NCBI RefSeq assembly: GCF_963506605.1
Contig: NC_083276.1
Span: 73,594,001-73,658,000 of the forward strand
DNA from: Zootoca vivipara
Lineage: Eukaryota
Reading direction: 5' to 3'
DNA: 64,000 nt
In this document: in pieces, positions 11,573 through 25,341 of the stretch
Layout of the letters: the number at the start of each line of letters is the position of its first letter
Position numbering within the stretch: position 1 is the first letter of the stretch
Notes under the pieces: model-generated
Databases searched by the model: none
Seen by the model: only the letters and a program-made list of their open reading frames with translations
Told to the model about the DNA's origin: nothing
Made by a program: the position numbers and the translations under genes

Positions 11573-12234
11573 ATGAACTGGCAGGACTATGGGGAAGAGG
11601 ATCCCGGTGAGGAGGGTAGTTGGGACTGGGACACACCAGGGCAAGCTGGGGATGGGGAAGGAGATGCTAGTGTAGGAAGTACCAGTGGCGGGGCTGGTGC
11701 CTGTTCTGGGGGTGGGGCACTCCTCCCGGAAGGGAGGGGTGCATGTTCCGGGTGTGGGGCATGCCTCCCGGAGGGGCGGGGCATACATTCCAGGCCCATG
11801 GCGCGCCTCCCGGTGGCACGGCACACCTCCCGGAGGGCCGTGACACGCATTCTGGGGGTGGGGTGCGTCTCCTGGAGGGCCGTGGTGTGCGCTCCAGGGC
11901 TGTGGCGCACCTCCCAGAGCAGTGTGACACGCGTTCCGGGGGTGGGGGCGCACGGTCCGGGGGTGGTGGGGGCACCCACGATGGCGCCCCTTGGAGCCCG
12001 CTGCTCGGGGCGGCCCGCCCCTATCTTCCTACACCCCTGGGAAGTACTCATGCGGTAACAGAGGAGGATGAAGGGATGGAGGTTGGTGCGCAGGAGCCAG
12101 AGCAGCAGGACCCATCACCAGAGACAAAGGGGCCCTTTTCTCCACGTACATGGTGGGTTCTGAGGCACACGGAGCAGTGAGTGGGGTGCTCCAGGAGGCA
12201 GAGGCGGGCAAGGGCCCACAGCCCAGCTCACTAG
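11573..12234 (+). pseudogene. Disrupted LTR-borne small ORF (acidic N-terminus, Ser-Pro/Arg-rich C-terminus), split by the MITE
   Basis: Excising 11675-12039 joins the 11573 frame to the C-terminal part of ORF 11743-12180, giving 80 aa, or ~98 aa if TGA 12178 is a decayed CGA. Confidence 0.45.
11683..12039. mobile_element. hAT (Tip100-like) MITE with internal GC-rich ~21/42-bp minisatellite
   Basis: Perfect 8-bp TSD GGAAGTAC (11675-11682, 12040-12047); ends CAGTGGCG... / ...CCTACACCCCTG; CTCCCGG recurs at 11723, 11765 and 11807. Confidence 0.85.
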
Positions 12235-15200
12235 CAGGCCAGGTGGGGCTCTGGTATGTTCTGGTATGATTCCCCAGCTGGAGTAAGCTTGGAACAGATG
12301 GGGGGGGTCATATGCATCATCAAGCACAGATGCTGCAGTTAGCAGGCACAGTACAAAAGAGCAGCAGAACTGAAGTGCTGTGGCTGCTCATCTGTCTTGT
12401 CTAGGATACTCCTGCACTTCCATGGGACTCTACTTTGGGCTTGACGCTGGGCTGCATCCTGACTTCAGACTTGGATTGACCCTGAACCTCATTTCCTGAG
12501 CTTCGGCCATTCAGCGTTTGATCTTGGACTGTGGACTTTGTGGGTGCTGATCGACCCTCAGATTTTGAACTTGGTCTCGGCACACTGTCTGGCTGCCAGG
12601 TAGGCCAGGGGATTAGGATGTTGATCCAAAGATCTTCAGCCAGATGAAAGGTAACATTTAACTGTTGATCAGAAATCCAAGCCATCTTGCAAAGTCACCT
12701 TGACACTAAAACCACTAGTGTGAAGTAGGAATGCCATCAAAGAAAATGTAAGAAGGGATAGGTTTGGGCTTAATGGCACCACTTCTTCATCCTGCCCCTT
12801 CCACATTCTGTCTCCACCCGCATCTGATTTGAAGGAGCCTTTCCACAATAAGTACTGCTGAGCAGAAAGTGAGTTAAGATGGCCGAGTCTGTCCTGTCCA
12901 TTTTTGCTGGGCACAGCAGTCCCTAGGGAGCTAGGTGGCTATGAGCAATGAATTATGTTGGATTCTGCTGTATAGTTTCCAGCATGCAGCCATTCATTAG
13001 TATAAATCCCATGGGTCCTTTCAGGTACAGTGTTATTTTTACTCTTACAAATGTGATCTTTTGGGCTACTGTCCCACAGGTCAGAAATTTCCCATTGATA
13101 CTTGCCACCTTCTCCATTTTTGCTATAGCTGTTGCCTGCAAACATCACAACCTTATTCTGTTCTCCTTAGCTAACTAATTTCTACTTTAATCTTTTCTAA
13201 TTAATCTGCTGATATATGGGATGGGATTTTGAAAGCTGAAGGGGATTTGCATGCTGTTTCGGAAAGCAGCCTTAAGTCTCTGGTTGCTTGGCCATAGGCC
13301 TGCTGTATTGTTTAACTCCTGCCGTACCTGCACATTGTTGTTCTGTGTGGCCTCAGAGCTGAAGCTGCTGTTTTACTTCAGCTGGATTTACTGGCACAGA
13401 AAGCAGGCATCACTGACATGCTATCCCTGTAGGAAAACAATGCAGTCTATTTCATGTGCGTGATCTACAAGGTGGTTTCAAAGGCGGGGGGCCGGGGGAG
13501 CAGCAAAGAAAAGAGGCAAATTAGATGTAGCTGCTGAAGGTGCAGGGGCCCTGACAGAAAAAGGTGACAATGGCAGATACCAAATAGTATTAAATGAGCA
13601 ATGATTTGGTGAAATGGTTTTTTGGCTTCTTTCTTGCCCTGTTGGATAAGCATGACTTCTGTGAAATATGCTCAGCTTCATAAACAAAAGCTTTTATTTG
13701 GCGATTTAACATTACATTACGGGGTGCACATCTACACAGTCTAAGCTTAGTTTAAGGCTAAAGGATGCTTAGAAAATAGATCAGGGACCTCAAAGATGCT
13801 CATCAGCATCACCTGGACAGAAGTCTGAACAGGTATAGAGGTCACTTGGTCACAATTTCCCCTTTCCAGTGAGTGCTTTGTATTTCTATTTAAATTCTAG
13901 CTTTGCAATCGAGGAAATTTTATGCATGCCCCCCCCCTCTGTCTCTCTAGATCATTAAAGTGCCTACCTACAATAAAGAGAAGTTGCTATTTACATGCCA
14001 CTCTAAACACTCCAACCACAACTGCCAAGCCTATTCTTATCTGGAATTCTCAGCAAGCTCTAATATCTAAAGGTATACAGTATTACCTCACATCCTCCCT
14101 AGATTCATTTTCATGTGGCAAATTTATACCCCCCCCCTCACTTTCTCATACATACATAAAAGCCAGAATTTTCCCAATTTAAATCTTTCCTCTGCTCATT
14201 ATCTAAATCTAGTACATAAGATTTCTTAGAATAATTAGTACCATTCTTTACCTTGGCCACAGGCTAATGACTGAAAGCTATCTGGTTGACACATAATATT
14301 CTCCATTTTGATAATTGGTGAAAAAATGTCTGAATTACTCACTCTAATACTGGATTTAATCTACTATTTGATTTTATATTGCTGTTGTTTTTGAGTCTTG
14401 TGTTGTTTCCTTGTTCCTATTAGAGTCAATGGATCTCACTCACCAAATCTCCCCAACAGGATCTATAATGCCTGTAAATGTAATCATATTATCCCCCCAA
14501 ATAAAAAAGTTAATGTTTCCTTAAAAAAAAAAAACTTTAAATATGCAGGCATAAAACACTCCATATCATATGCCTATACTTTGGTAGACTTCATCCTCCA
14601 TGGAGACTACTAGGGGCCAGATTCAACTAATGGGTCCCACTAGTGGAAACCCATGCAAGGATTTCATGGAAATCTATGCAAGAATTTCCATTAGCAAAAT
14701 AGGACTTTCTCTCTCCCCCACCCTTGACTCCTCACACTGGAGAGTCAGGAGGACCTCCAGAACAGCAGGCAGAGAGGAGGAGAAGGAACACTATTCCACC
14801 AGGCAACCAGAAGCCCTCCCATTGCCTGCAAAGTTCATTCACTTCTGTCAAAAGGGGGGGGGACTTGGTCATGTTTTTTTATATTCCAATAATGAAGTGG
14901 GATGCCTAGAGAGGGAACAGAACCTTATTTTTTTTCTGAAGTAGACTTGAACCCTGAATCAAGACACCCTCCAAAGCACTTCATGCTCAGGCAGACTGTT
15001 TCTGAAATCTCCAAACTGGTGTCTGAACCAAATCTTGTGGTTGCTGCATGCTCTTACTATTTCCATAGCCCTAAGAGACAAAAATGTGCTTTAAAATAGA
15101 AGAACAATAAAGAAATGTGATATTATAATAATGCTGAATTCTGCACCCCTTTCCAAATTTCATACTTGTGAAATGCGATTGCCAAAATTCATGGAATACG

Positions 15201-16142
15201 TTCCACCCTGACATGTTTATTTCCCCATTTTTAAAATGCTCCCAGTTATATTTAACTATTCCTTTATGTTGTGGGAGAACTGCCCACATTCTGATTTGGC
15301 TTCCCTATGAGGGAAGTCCTATGAGGAATTTTTTTTACCTCAGTTTTTCGCTGATTAGTTGTCACCCTGGGAAACTCATAGCCAGGCAATAACTGAAGCC
15401 GCTAGCAAAGCAAAGCAGCCAAATTGTGAGACTGCGTATTATTGTGTCAGCTGTGTATTATTATAGCTTATTATTAGCATTGAGGGGCTGCATCTTCTTG
15501 GTGTAGTGGACCTTTGCCAAGCAGTTGTTCAGCATGCAATGCTTTGTGAATGACACTTGGATTGCTTTCCCCAGCAACTTTGGTCCTGGTGTTACAGCGA
15601 AGTCTGCAGCTGCTGCACTTAACACAACATTGCATGGAGAACACTGTGCCAAGTGTGCATGTCAGCTTGAAGTGATCCACATTGCACCAGTGTTGGCTCC
15701 ATTAGGAGACACTAATCAGTTTCAAGGGTGTGTTTGCATCATCATCTCTTTTCACGTTGCCTTGGAAGGCTTCTGTCCTTATACTTTTGTTATTGTTTAG
15801 CACTGAGCCAAATTTTTATGAGATTTGATTCTTACTGATGGCAAAAGTTGCTGTTTCATAGCGGGCGGGGCAAAAGTTGTCCAAACCCCCAACCTTATTT
15901 TCTTTTTCTTGCACTTCTTTCCCCTTGAACTTGTTTACATGCATTGTCCTCTGATCTCCTGCGGCGTTTGAGGGCAGGAGGGGAGAAAGGAAGAGGAAAC
16001 ACACTGCTATTCTATTGGTAATTGGTCTGACATTTCCTGCCTTGCCATGCTGCACTTGTGGTTTCATTGATTGCCAACACGGCATGGCAAGACTTGTGTC
16101 TTCAGCCAGCTCTAGTTGTGTGTAGTTATACATGACTTGTTG

Positions 16143-16866
16143 AATCATAGAATCATAGAACCAGAGAATCAGAATTGGAAGAGACCACAAGGGCCATCCA
16201 GTCCAACCCCCTGCCAAGCAGGAAACACCATCAAAGCATTCTTGACATATGGCTGTCAAGCCTCTGCTTAAAGACCTCCAAAGAAGGAGACTCCACCACA
16301 CTCCTTGGTAGCAAATTCCACTGCCGAACAGCTCTTGCTGTCAGGAAGTTCTTCCTAATGTTTACGTGGAATCTTCTTTCGTGAAGTTTGAATCCATTGC
16401 TTCGTGTCTGCTTCTCTGGAGCAGCAGAAAACAATCTTTCTCCCTCCTCCATATGACATCCTTTCATATATTTGAACATGGCTATCATATCACCCCTTAA
16501 CCTTCTCTTCTCCAGGCTAAACATACCCAGCTCCCTAAGCCGTTCCTCATAAGGTATCGTTTCCAGGCCTTTGACCATTTTGGTTGCCCTCTTCTGGACA
16601 CGTTCCAGCTTGTCAGTATCCTTCTTGAACTGTGGTGCCCAGAACTGGACACAGTACTCCAGATGAGGTCTGACCAGAGCAGAATACAGTGGTACTATTA
16701 CTTCCCTAGATCTAGATGCTATACTCCTATTGATGCAGCCCAGAATTGCATTGGCTTTTTTAGCTGCTGCATCACACTGCTGACTCATGTCAAGTCTGTG
16801 GTCTACCAAGACTCCTAGGTCCTTTTCACATGTACTGCTTTCAAGCCAGGTGTCACCCATCCTGTA
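16143..16866 (-). mobile_element. CR1 LINE, 5'-truncated, with an open ORF2 C-terminus
   Basis: ORF 16231-16881 contains [40 protein letters not shown] and [11 protein letters not shown]; (TTCTATGA)n-type tail at 16143-16172. Confidence 0.96.
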
Positions 16867-17179
16867 GATGGGAATGTGCATTCAGATACACATGCAAGCG
16901 CATATCTCTGTTGAAAAAAAATGCATTTCACATGGATGACATCCTGATGTTGGTGTCACCCATGCAGTCTCCTTTCACTTCCTTTCATCGGGAACTGCAT
17001 TAGGGTCTGTATTCAAATGCACAGTTCTACCATAACTGGTCAATGGAAGGCTAAGGTAGATCATACAAGAAACATGTGATAACATTTCAAGTGCCTGGTT
17101 TCTTAAATAAAACGGGAGAGGGGAAGCAGGGCGAGCCTGTAGTCCCCTTATAGAACAACCATTCTTGAAATGGCTGAAC

Positions 17180-17355
17180 AGTCAATCCTCCTCCTCATGG
17201 AACTCTGGGAATTGTTGCTCTGTGAGAGGAATTAGGGTCTCCTAGCAATGCTTAGCATTCTTAACAAACTACAGTTCCCAGGATTCTGGGGGGGGGGGGG
17301 AGAGAGCCCTGACTAACAGGATATGACACTGCTTTAAGTGTACAGTGCAGATACA
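17180..17355. repeat. Fragment of a common squamate palindromic MITE-like repeat
   Basis: CTGGGAATTGTTG...ACTACAGTTCCCAG inverted motifs and a CTTTAAGTGTACAGTGCAGAT end; recognised by motif only. Confidence 0.45.
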
Positions 17356-18172
17356 ACTTAATATACAGTATGTGACTCCAATCATTCTGCATTCTGGTTC
17401 CTGCTCTGTGAAGCAGAAGTTATAGGTTGCTGATGAAAGACTATTTATAGTGCAGACTGTAAATAGTATACTGTACTATTGTAGAATAACATTACTCAAA
17501 TCACCCTGCATCACAGTTCCTGCTCTGCGAAGCAGACTCTAACATTCCTGTAGAGCTGATGCAAGGGTATTTGCAATGCAAATGTTAAATATTATACTAT
17601 ACTATTGTACTATTTGGGAAAGTAGATGAAAGGTCTTCCCTGTCACTCTGCACACTCCTGTCTCGATAACTCAAACCCTTCACAACTATAATTCAAGGTG
17701 TCTTTCCCCCTCCTTTTCAGCTTGAAATGCCTGTGAACAAGCTGTGTCCCCCCCTCCTTGCAGAAGTGTCCTGCTATGGCCTTGACCACCGATGCCCAAG
17801 AGGCTTGGGAGTTTGCTTGAAACAAAAGGAAAATATTGCGAAAGGCAGTGGTGTCGAATAATGCTCCTATTTAGTAGGAATTTTTCTCTCCCCCCCCCCT
17901 GCATTCTCAGGCAGCACCTGCTGTGTGAGGCTGCTGGCCAGCTCCGCTGAGCCTCTGTGATAAAACAAACAAAAACAGCAGGCAAAAAAATTCCTCTTTA
18001 TAACGCCTGTTATCCTCAGGCTACCTTGTAGCACTCCCTGGTTTTCTCTCCCTTTCCCACCCCTTCCACTCTGTCAACTCTCCTAATGCAAGTTATGAAG
18101 GGTTTCTGCTCATGGATCAAGGGACAGTGCAAGAAGTGTCCCCTTTTTGCTTAAAAAAGTATGCCACATGCA

Positions 18173-18174
<2 letters not shown>

Positions 18175-18218
<44 letters not shown>
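18175..18218. repeat. (CA)n microsatellite
   Basis: About 22 units. Confidence 0.97.
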
Positions 18219-18220
<2 letters not shown>

Positions 18221-19903
18221 TAAGATCTGTAAGAATTCTGATAGAACTCTCCGCCCAAAGGAAAAGAATGAAGTGTTATCACTTCAGTAGCAAATTAGAA
18301 TAGAAATGGGTTGGAATGAAAATGGCAGAGGAGGAAATCATGACATGGGGAGGAAAGTTCCAGGTGTCTTTCTAATGGATGGATGATATTTTACATGGGA
18401 AATGGATTTGCCGCTTCTCCAGCACAATGCAGCTGGTGAATATCCATAATGCTTAAAGAGGAGCCCCGTGCCAGTATGTATGTGGCAGGAACATGCTAGG
18501 AAGGTGTGCCAAATCGTAATTCATCTGCATACATGCATTTCTAAAAAAAACCACCCCACATTATTATCCACCAGGAAATATTTGATGAAGCAGCAGCAGC
18601 AAGTTTACATGCCATGTAAAGTGTGGATCAACAAAGGGAAGTGTGGGGAAAGAAACAATTGTTCACAGAATATGTTGAATAAATTAGCAGGTAAGATCCT
18701 GTCTAGCATCCCAGTATCAATGGAGCATTACCACTGGAGGTCTAATTCTGGTGCCATGACCCATCAACAGACCTCCTCCAGTGATACAGAAGCATCTAAC
18801 AGGAGCTCCCATGCTAGTGGTTGTCCCTTGTTGTGGCACAGATGTATTTGCACAAATCCTGGTCTGTTCAATACAGAGAGGGATGAGAAACAACCTTTCT
18901 AGCATTCCTGTTGTCTTTCTCATGCACAGAGCCAGTGCCTCTGGTCATCAGAAGAAGAACCATATGATCAGGTGACACTTAGTAAAGATTTGTATGGTTG
19001 ACATTGTGTGATGTTGCTGCCAGATGCTGTTCTTTCCTTTTGGAGCTTTGTGGATCTTGCAGCGCTTATATCCTCCTGCTTATATAGCATTGGAACAATA
19101 TGGTACTCCTGCTTTTCACCTCTTGATTACCTGACAGTGCTCTGCTTATGGAAATATTAGAATGATATATAGAAAGAGAAAATAGTAATAATTTTGTTCA
19201 GAAGTGAAACACTTTGGCTATTTACTGGCAAAAGAAGACACATATCTACACATTTAGCTCTTACATTCAAATTGTTGTAACAAATGTACTATGGTAGCCT
19301 GTTGCATATGTTGTGAACTACCCCGAGACCTGTGGATGAAGGGCATTATACAAATTTTAACAACAAAAACACTACTTTAATAGATTTCCATAAGGTGTAA
19401 TTCATGTCATCTATATATATTTTAATACATAAATTTAGAACAGACAGGTGCTCTGTCAATCGTGCTCCATCACCTAAGTCACAGAGTCTGCGTTCCTTGG
19501 ATTCTTGGTGCCCAGAATTAAACCTCAGGCCTTGCAGGCATTTGTCCAGTTGTTTTACCTGGGCACAGGACAAACCTGTCCTTAGATATTGGCCATGAAG
19601 GGACTGCACTCTGTGGCTACCCAATCAGGCTCTCGATATGGCTGCTGTATTGTGATCTCCTGGAGCCAGTGGGCACAATAGTTATTTATGCTGACATCTA
19701 CGGCCTCTTATTGAGTCAATCTGGAGCACAAGAAGCAGAACAACCAGGTAAGGTGATCACATGATTTGGGGCCACTGGATGTAGGATGCTATTGCTTGCA
19801 TCAGATGCTAATGCTAGGCTTTCTGCTCGCCCTTTGCAAGCAATGCAAAGGAACAGAGAGAAAGAGGTAACAGGAAAGACCAGAGCTTTCTTAGAGAAAG
19901 AGT

Positions 19904-20046
19904 CGGAGTCGGAGCTCTGGCACCCAGGGGCGGGGCTAGCCCGCAGCGAGGGGGAGCATCCCAGTGGGGTGGGGTGGTAATGTCACCCCCTCAGCGATGA
20001 CACCCGGGGCAGGCCGCACCCACTGCAACCCCTTCTTCCGCCAGTG
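19904..20046. mobile_element. hAT (Tip100-like) MITE
   Basis: Perfect 8-bp TSD GAAAGAGT (19896-19903, 20047-20054); right end CTTCCGCCAGTG, degenerate left end; GC-rich body. Confidence 0.75.
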
Positions 20047-23028
20047 GAAAGAGTATCCCTGTTTGGCACAAAGTGGGGAAAGCCATACCTAGAGCAGCCA
20101 CATAGTGGTATATTTCAAGAATCAGGCTGGAATTCAAGCACAAAGAGTTCAGGAAATAAGACATCAGTAGGATGTGATTGGCTAGTACATGATGCTTTGT
20201 TTGAGAATGACTAGTATTAACATTATTAAAAGCACAATTCCTTGTCAGTTATACTTTCAAACATGTGCCTAGAAAACCAGGCACCACCCTTTCCATGGCA
20301 ATTTCCCCTTGCACCTGAAGGAAGAGTCCAGGTGGGGAAAGGGCTAAACACCCTCTCACCACTCCCACTGCTCTGCTCCTAATCAGTGCCTTCCAAAGCT
20401 GCTTTGCCCTGGCAGCAGGGGCTGTCAGGATTTTGTTGTGCATTATTTTTGTGTGTCATATGCAGCCCCACCCACTGCATACATGTTCATTTTAAAAAGG
20501 AACTACTGGTAGTTCTAACTCAAGTTTATCCTGTCCAAACCAAAACTAGTTCTAAACAAAGTAAACATCTTCAGTCCAAGTTCATCCAGATGAACTCAGA
20601 AGATAATTTTTCTTTTTCAGCCCTCTCCCAGCTGTTGGAGAATTCCACTTGGTTCTCTTCTGCTCTGAATATCTAGAGAAACAGGTGGGATTTCATCACC
20701 TGCAGATGGGATGGAGAATTTTAGGAGGCCATTAGCTTGCATGGTGACCCTGGCAGCAATACTGTGTAGGTCCTCTTGCCTTGCCAATTCAACAGAACCA
20801 AAAAGCAGGAGGACTAGATTAACTCCACCGCGTTAAACTCTAACACCACAAGTGACGTATGCTTCATAACCACCCTGACACATCCCTAAACCACCAGTGC
20901 AGATAAGGCCTAACCACTTTATTCCTTTGTGACAGGCTCTGGTATTATTATTTTGCTCATTAATGGTTGCATTTACGCACAGACTGACCCAGGATTCCGT
21001 GTAAGATCATCATTTTGGTGATGACCAGAAAACAGCTTACTCTTGCCTTGGTAAATTGATGCCCTTCCCTAATGCATGTGGCTACCCTGGAACATGTCTT
21101 ACAACACACATACCTCGGGTAAACAAGCATTATCGTGTGTTTTTATTCTGTTTTTCCTCCCTCCAAGTCAGACGCAGTGCATTCATCTTTCCCTCCCAGC
21201 TCTGTAATTTTAGCCTAGGGTTACCACTTAGAAAGTCAGATTGGTGCAAACTCATATAATTACTGTCTTCATTGTGATGCATAGGCCTGATGGTGAGGAA
21301 CATTAAGAAAAGAAGAAAAAGAAAACCCTATTATGAATACCAGAGCTTAGGCTATATGTTAGTTCATATGCTGGCAGTTTGGTACGTACCTGTTTACCAG
21401 TTGGGGCATTTGCCAAATCATTCAGTAAGGATTACCTGGCACATTGTTCACACCATAAATTGACAGTGTTGGTGCTTTGAACACGGTAACATGGTGTACG
21501 GTGGTTGTTGTTCTATCATTTAGCAAGAAGGTATTTAAAGGGAAACGTCACGTTCACCAAATCTTCCTATATACATGAAAATCTAAGTCTTCCACCACAC
21601 AGCCCACATTGGAGTATCTGCAGTGCCACATCACCAGCCTGGTTTTGCATGCAGTCAGAGTGCTGCCCCTTCACTGGAGGGTTTGTTGCACCTCATTGCA
21701 ATCTAGATTTACATGAGCAAGCCTTTACCGCACACCCGACCACCACAATGAGCCCAAACTATACATTTACAATCCTTTCTCTCCTCGCTTTCTTTTTCTA
21801 AATGATTAATAAGAGGATGTGGTCTTTAAAGTCTGCAGTGAACCCAATGTGCTGACAAAGCAATAGGCTGCCTCTTCCAGGTCACCCGGCAGCAAGCCCA
21901 CATCTTTGTGAAAACACAAGAATGGCAGGGATTTATTTAAGGAATTCAGAGTCCGAGACACAAGCATTTTTGCCCTTCAGACCCTAGCAACTGTGCATCT
22001 GCAGTGGTCTCCAGCGACTGCCATAGAGAGGAGGAGCAGCTGGTTGGCAGACACACAGCTTTGAAAACAACTTTTTAATATGCAGACATGAACCCATATC
22101 CCATTTTATACAGTTGTCTCTGGCGTGCAGCAAAATGTATCGGATGACAAAACAGAGGGCCGTAAACGTCTCTGATTTGAATGCAAAAGTGAAGCATCCT
22201 TCCAGTTAACACAGCACCTGAGCATGCTCTGAATTCTTTCCTGTGTATTTCAATATAGCACAAGAATTCCCCCCTCTCTTTTGAACATATTAGAATTCTG
22301 TCAATGGGTGGCCCAAGCACCTGTTGTCTGGCAGAAGCGTTACATAAGCCATTGCATGCTCGGGATGATTCCTTTGATATCTGTCACTGTGCCACATGTT
22401 TCTCAGCACACAAAAGAGGGATAGAAATCAAGGGGAGTAAGGGATACCAAAAATGTTTATTCTTTTAAACAAAAACAAAAAAACACATACACCAGACTTT
22501 TTTATTGCTGGAAGGAGACTCCCCCCCCCTCCACAGGCAATCAGCAGGAAGACAGATAAATAAATAAATACCTGGCAGTCAAATTTTCATTGAGAAAAAC
22601 TTTATATGCCCCCAACATGTGTATGTTAAGTTATTTGGGGACACACACTCTCTGTTTTTAGCCTGAGGACTGGGCAACCTCCTGGGCAAACTTCTGGGCC
22701 CACGGGCAGAAGTGGGCCAATCAACAAATGTGAATGTTACCTTTATGTGCTAGGCTAGTTTCTACAGATATTCACCCACCCCTCTGCTCTAGCCTCCATC
22801 CAAGAAAGTAAGCAGCACTATCAGAGTTCAAGGAGGCATTCTAGCAGGTAAAAGCTCTAAGAGAAGGTACAGAGCAGGGCTTGGGCCAGGGGCAGACTTT
22901 GGTAATATGGCACCCTGAGAGAGGACAAATTTTGCTGTCCCCTGCCCATGAAATATTTCTTATGTTCACAATAATTCCTATTCCTGCAGTTGCCTTTTAT
23001 GGATCATCTCAGTAGGTATCCATATAAA

Positions 23029-23071
<43 letters not shown>

Positions 23072-23080
23072 TATTTATTT
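23029..23080. repeat. (ATT)n/(TTTA)n microsatellite
   Basis: Direct observation. Confidence 0.95.
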
Positions 23081-25341
23081 AGCAACCCCTCAACTTGGCA
23101 CCTTGTGTGGGGGAGCCACCTACCCCACCCCAAATCCACACATTTGGTCCCTCAGGTCTGAGATTCCCCAATATTGTGTTACATTATTAAGACTCATTGT
23201 ATGATTCTCAATGACAGTAACTCTCAGTACTTGCAGTCGTCTCAGAGCGGACTTCTAAAAAAAATATATATGACACAGTGAACTCCACAGTGTGGAATTC
23301 ACCGTGTAACCTAGAAATCCTGACAAAAATGCCCCTTATTTGTGCTCTTTATCTGTGAAAATGGAGCCTCTTAATATGAAAGGAAGACTATATGGTTTGG
23401 TTGATTGGAAACGGAATAGACATTGGGGTGAATGCAGTGTGCTGTGCAAAGGTGCAGTGTACAGGATAGATAGTAGCAGGGGGTGAACCTGCCTTCCAGT
23501 TCCACATACACGTGGCAGCCATGATGTCCCACCACCACCCCCTGAGCACTTCCAGTTTGGAGTCTTCCCATGGAAAAGAGAGTGACTCCTCTACTGAGAG
23601 TCTAGGGGGAAACTGGCAAGGTTTCAGATTTGTTATAATTAATGGACAGACCAGATGCATTAGTGAAGTGCTCAATTACCCTCTGAGAGGCAGGGAAGGA
23701 TGTGGCAATATTAATAACAAAGAATGCTGTATCATCTGGAAATGGTGCCAGTTCGCGATGCATGCCTTTAATGGCCACCTCCAGTAAATTCTGAATGGTT
23801 CCTCAATTCAATGGTTAAGGGTCCAATAAACAGGACTAAAAGCAGCAGGTATTAGAACCACTCTTGCTGGGCACTCCTTTGCAATCGGAAGTTCCACTTG
23901 ACTTTGGCCATTACTGGCATTTAGGGAGTTTCAAATTTGGCCTCATACCCATTTTTATTTTTTATTTTTATGAGGAGCTGCTTCCGCTTCAGAAACACCC
24001 ATTCTATGCAGGCATCTGAAAATTATTCAGTGTTCAGAAGAAGTCAAGGGGCAATTTATTATAAAATATCTAGGTCTCACCTTATTGTCAATCATTTCTC
24101 TCCAAGGACTAAGCTGATCTGGTCCAGATGAACATAGGACATAATCAAGGGATGGGGAAAGTTGTGTCCTCCCTGTTATTGTTGGACTCCAAATCCCAGC
24201 AGCCCCGGCCAGCATGGCCAATGGTCAGGCACAATGAAAGCTGCAGTCTGGAGGGCCACGGATTCCCCTGGCCACGGGTTCCCCAACCCTTCACTTCTGT
24301 GCATGATCTGGGAAGTCCAAATTCATGTTACCGTCAAGAAGGCTGATCCCCTGCTAGCCATTATGGGATGGAGGTGGGAAAGCTTGGATCTGTCACCTTT
24401 GAAAAGGTGAAGTGTACACTTCTAAACCAACTCACATGGAAGTAAGTGAGCATCTTGAGCATATTTGATCAGCAAGGGAAGAGATGTGGGGAGTTGACAT
24501 ATCCCTGCTTCTACCATCTTGGTTCCCACTGTAGAGACACATAGTGCTTTTTTTTCTAGAAAAATAGGTGTTACAGTAAGTGTCACACTTTTTAACAACA
24601 ACAAACAGGTGCCAGTACTGTGTACCCTCGAGTACCCCCTGAAAAAAGGCACTGTAGACATGTGTGCAGAGAAATAAGATAAAATATTACCCATCAGCTT
24701 ATCTTGGAATGAGCAGCTGATAGAGAGTAATAGTAAGGAAGCAAATATAAATACAGTGGAAAGAAATTTCAAAGAGAGCCTTTAATTAGTTAAGGTGAGC
24801 TGAGTCAGCCAATGATCTACACAATCCCACGTCCCATTTTGTGGCCTTTACAGAGCCACCCTTGGACATCTTCCTAACTAAGATGGAGCAAGCATCAGTT
24901 GGTGGCCCACTCCTCACATCAAGTTACGTAATAGCCCTAAACATGCACAGAACTGATGTTAAAGAAACATTTTCTTTCCAGTCAGTAGGTGGATTAAACT
25001 GTTTTTTCCTTCCATAGGGTCAAAAATAGGGGCCCCCAAACTCCAAGAACTGATGCTGTACCAAATTTAAATATCTGCTATAAGGCACACACTATACCCT
25101 ATTGGTTTTTGAATATTTTGCCCCCATTTTTTGCCGCATTTATCCATGAGGAATTATGTGCAGCCTGATCTGATGTCGTGTTCTGGGTCTGATGTAGACT
25201 CTTACAAAGAAAGTGGCAAACTGGACCATGGATAACTCCAAGTGAGCAACTTGGGATGTGAGGTCTCAAGCATATTCATCTCCCTATCTTCAGCAGTTAG
25301 TTCAGCACTCTGATCCTGACCTGGCACTTGTATCTGGTGCC

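Larger units (their letters stand above)
11569..12656 (+). mobile_element. Solo LTR (probably Gypsy- or ERV-type) containing a nested hAT MITE
   Basis: Termini TGTTA...TAACA; 5-bp TSD TTTAA at 11564-11568 and 12657-12661; decayed TATA-like TACAAAAG near 12352. Confidence 0.8.

Noticed and set aside
11441-12180. Five overlapping 100-170 aa Pro/Gly/Arg-rich ORFs
   Set aside because: Mostly translation of the MITE minisatellite; only the flanking LTR-derived parts are retained as a candidate ORF.
17430-17480. CTGATGA followed by a hairpin, as a possible second hammerhead
   Set aside because: No GAAA after the stem and no stem I or III partner.
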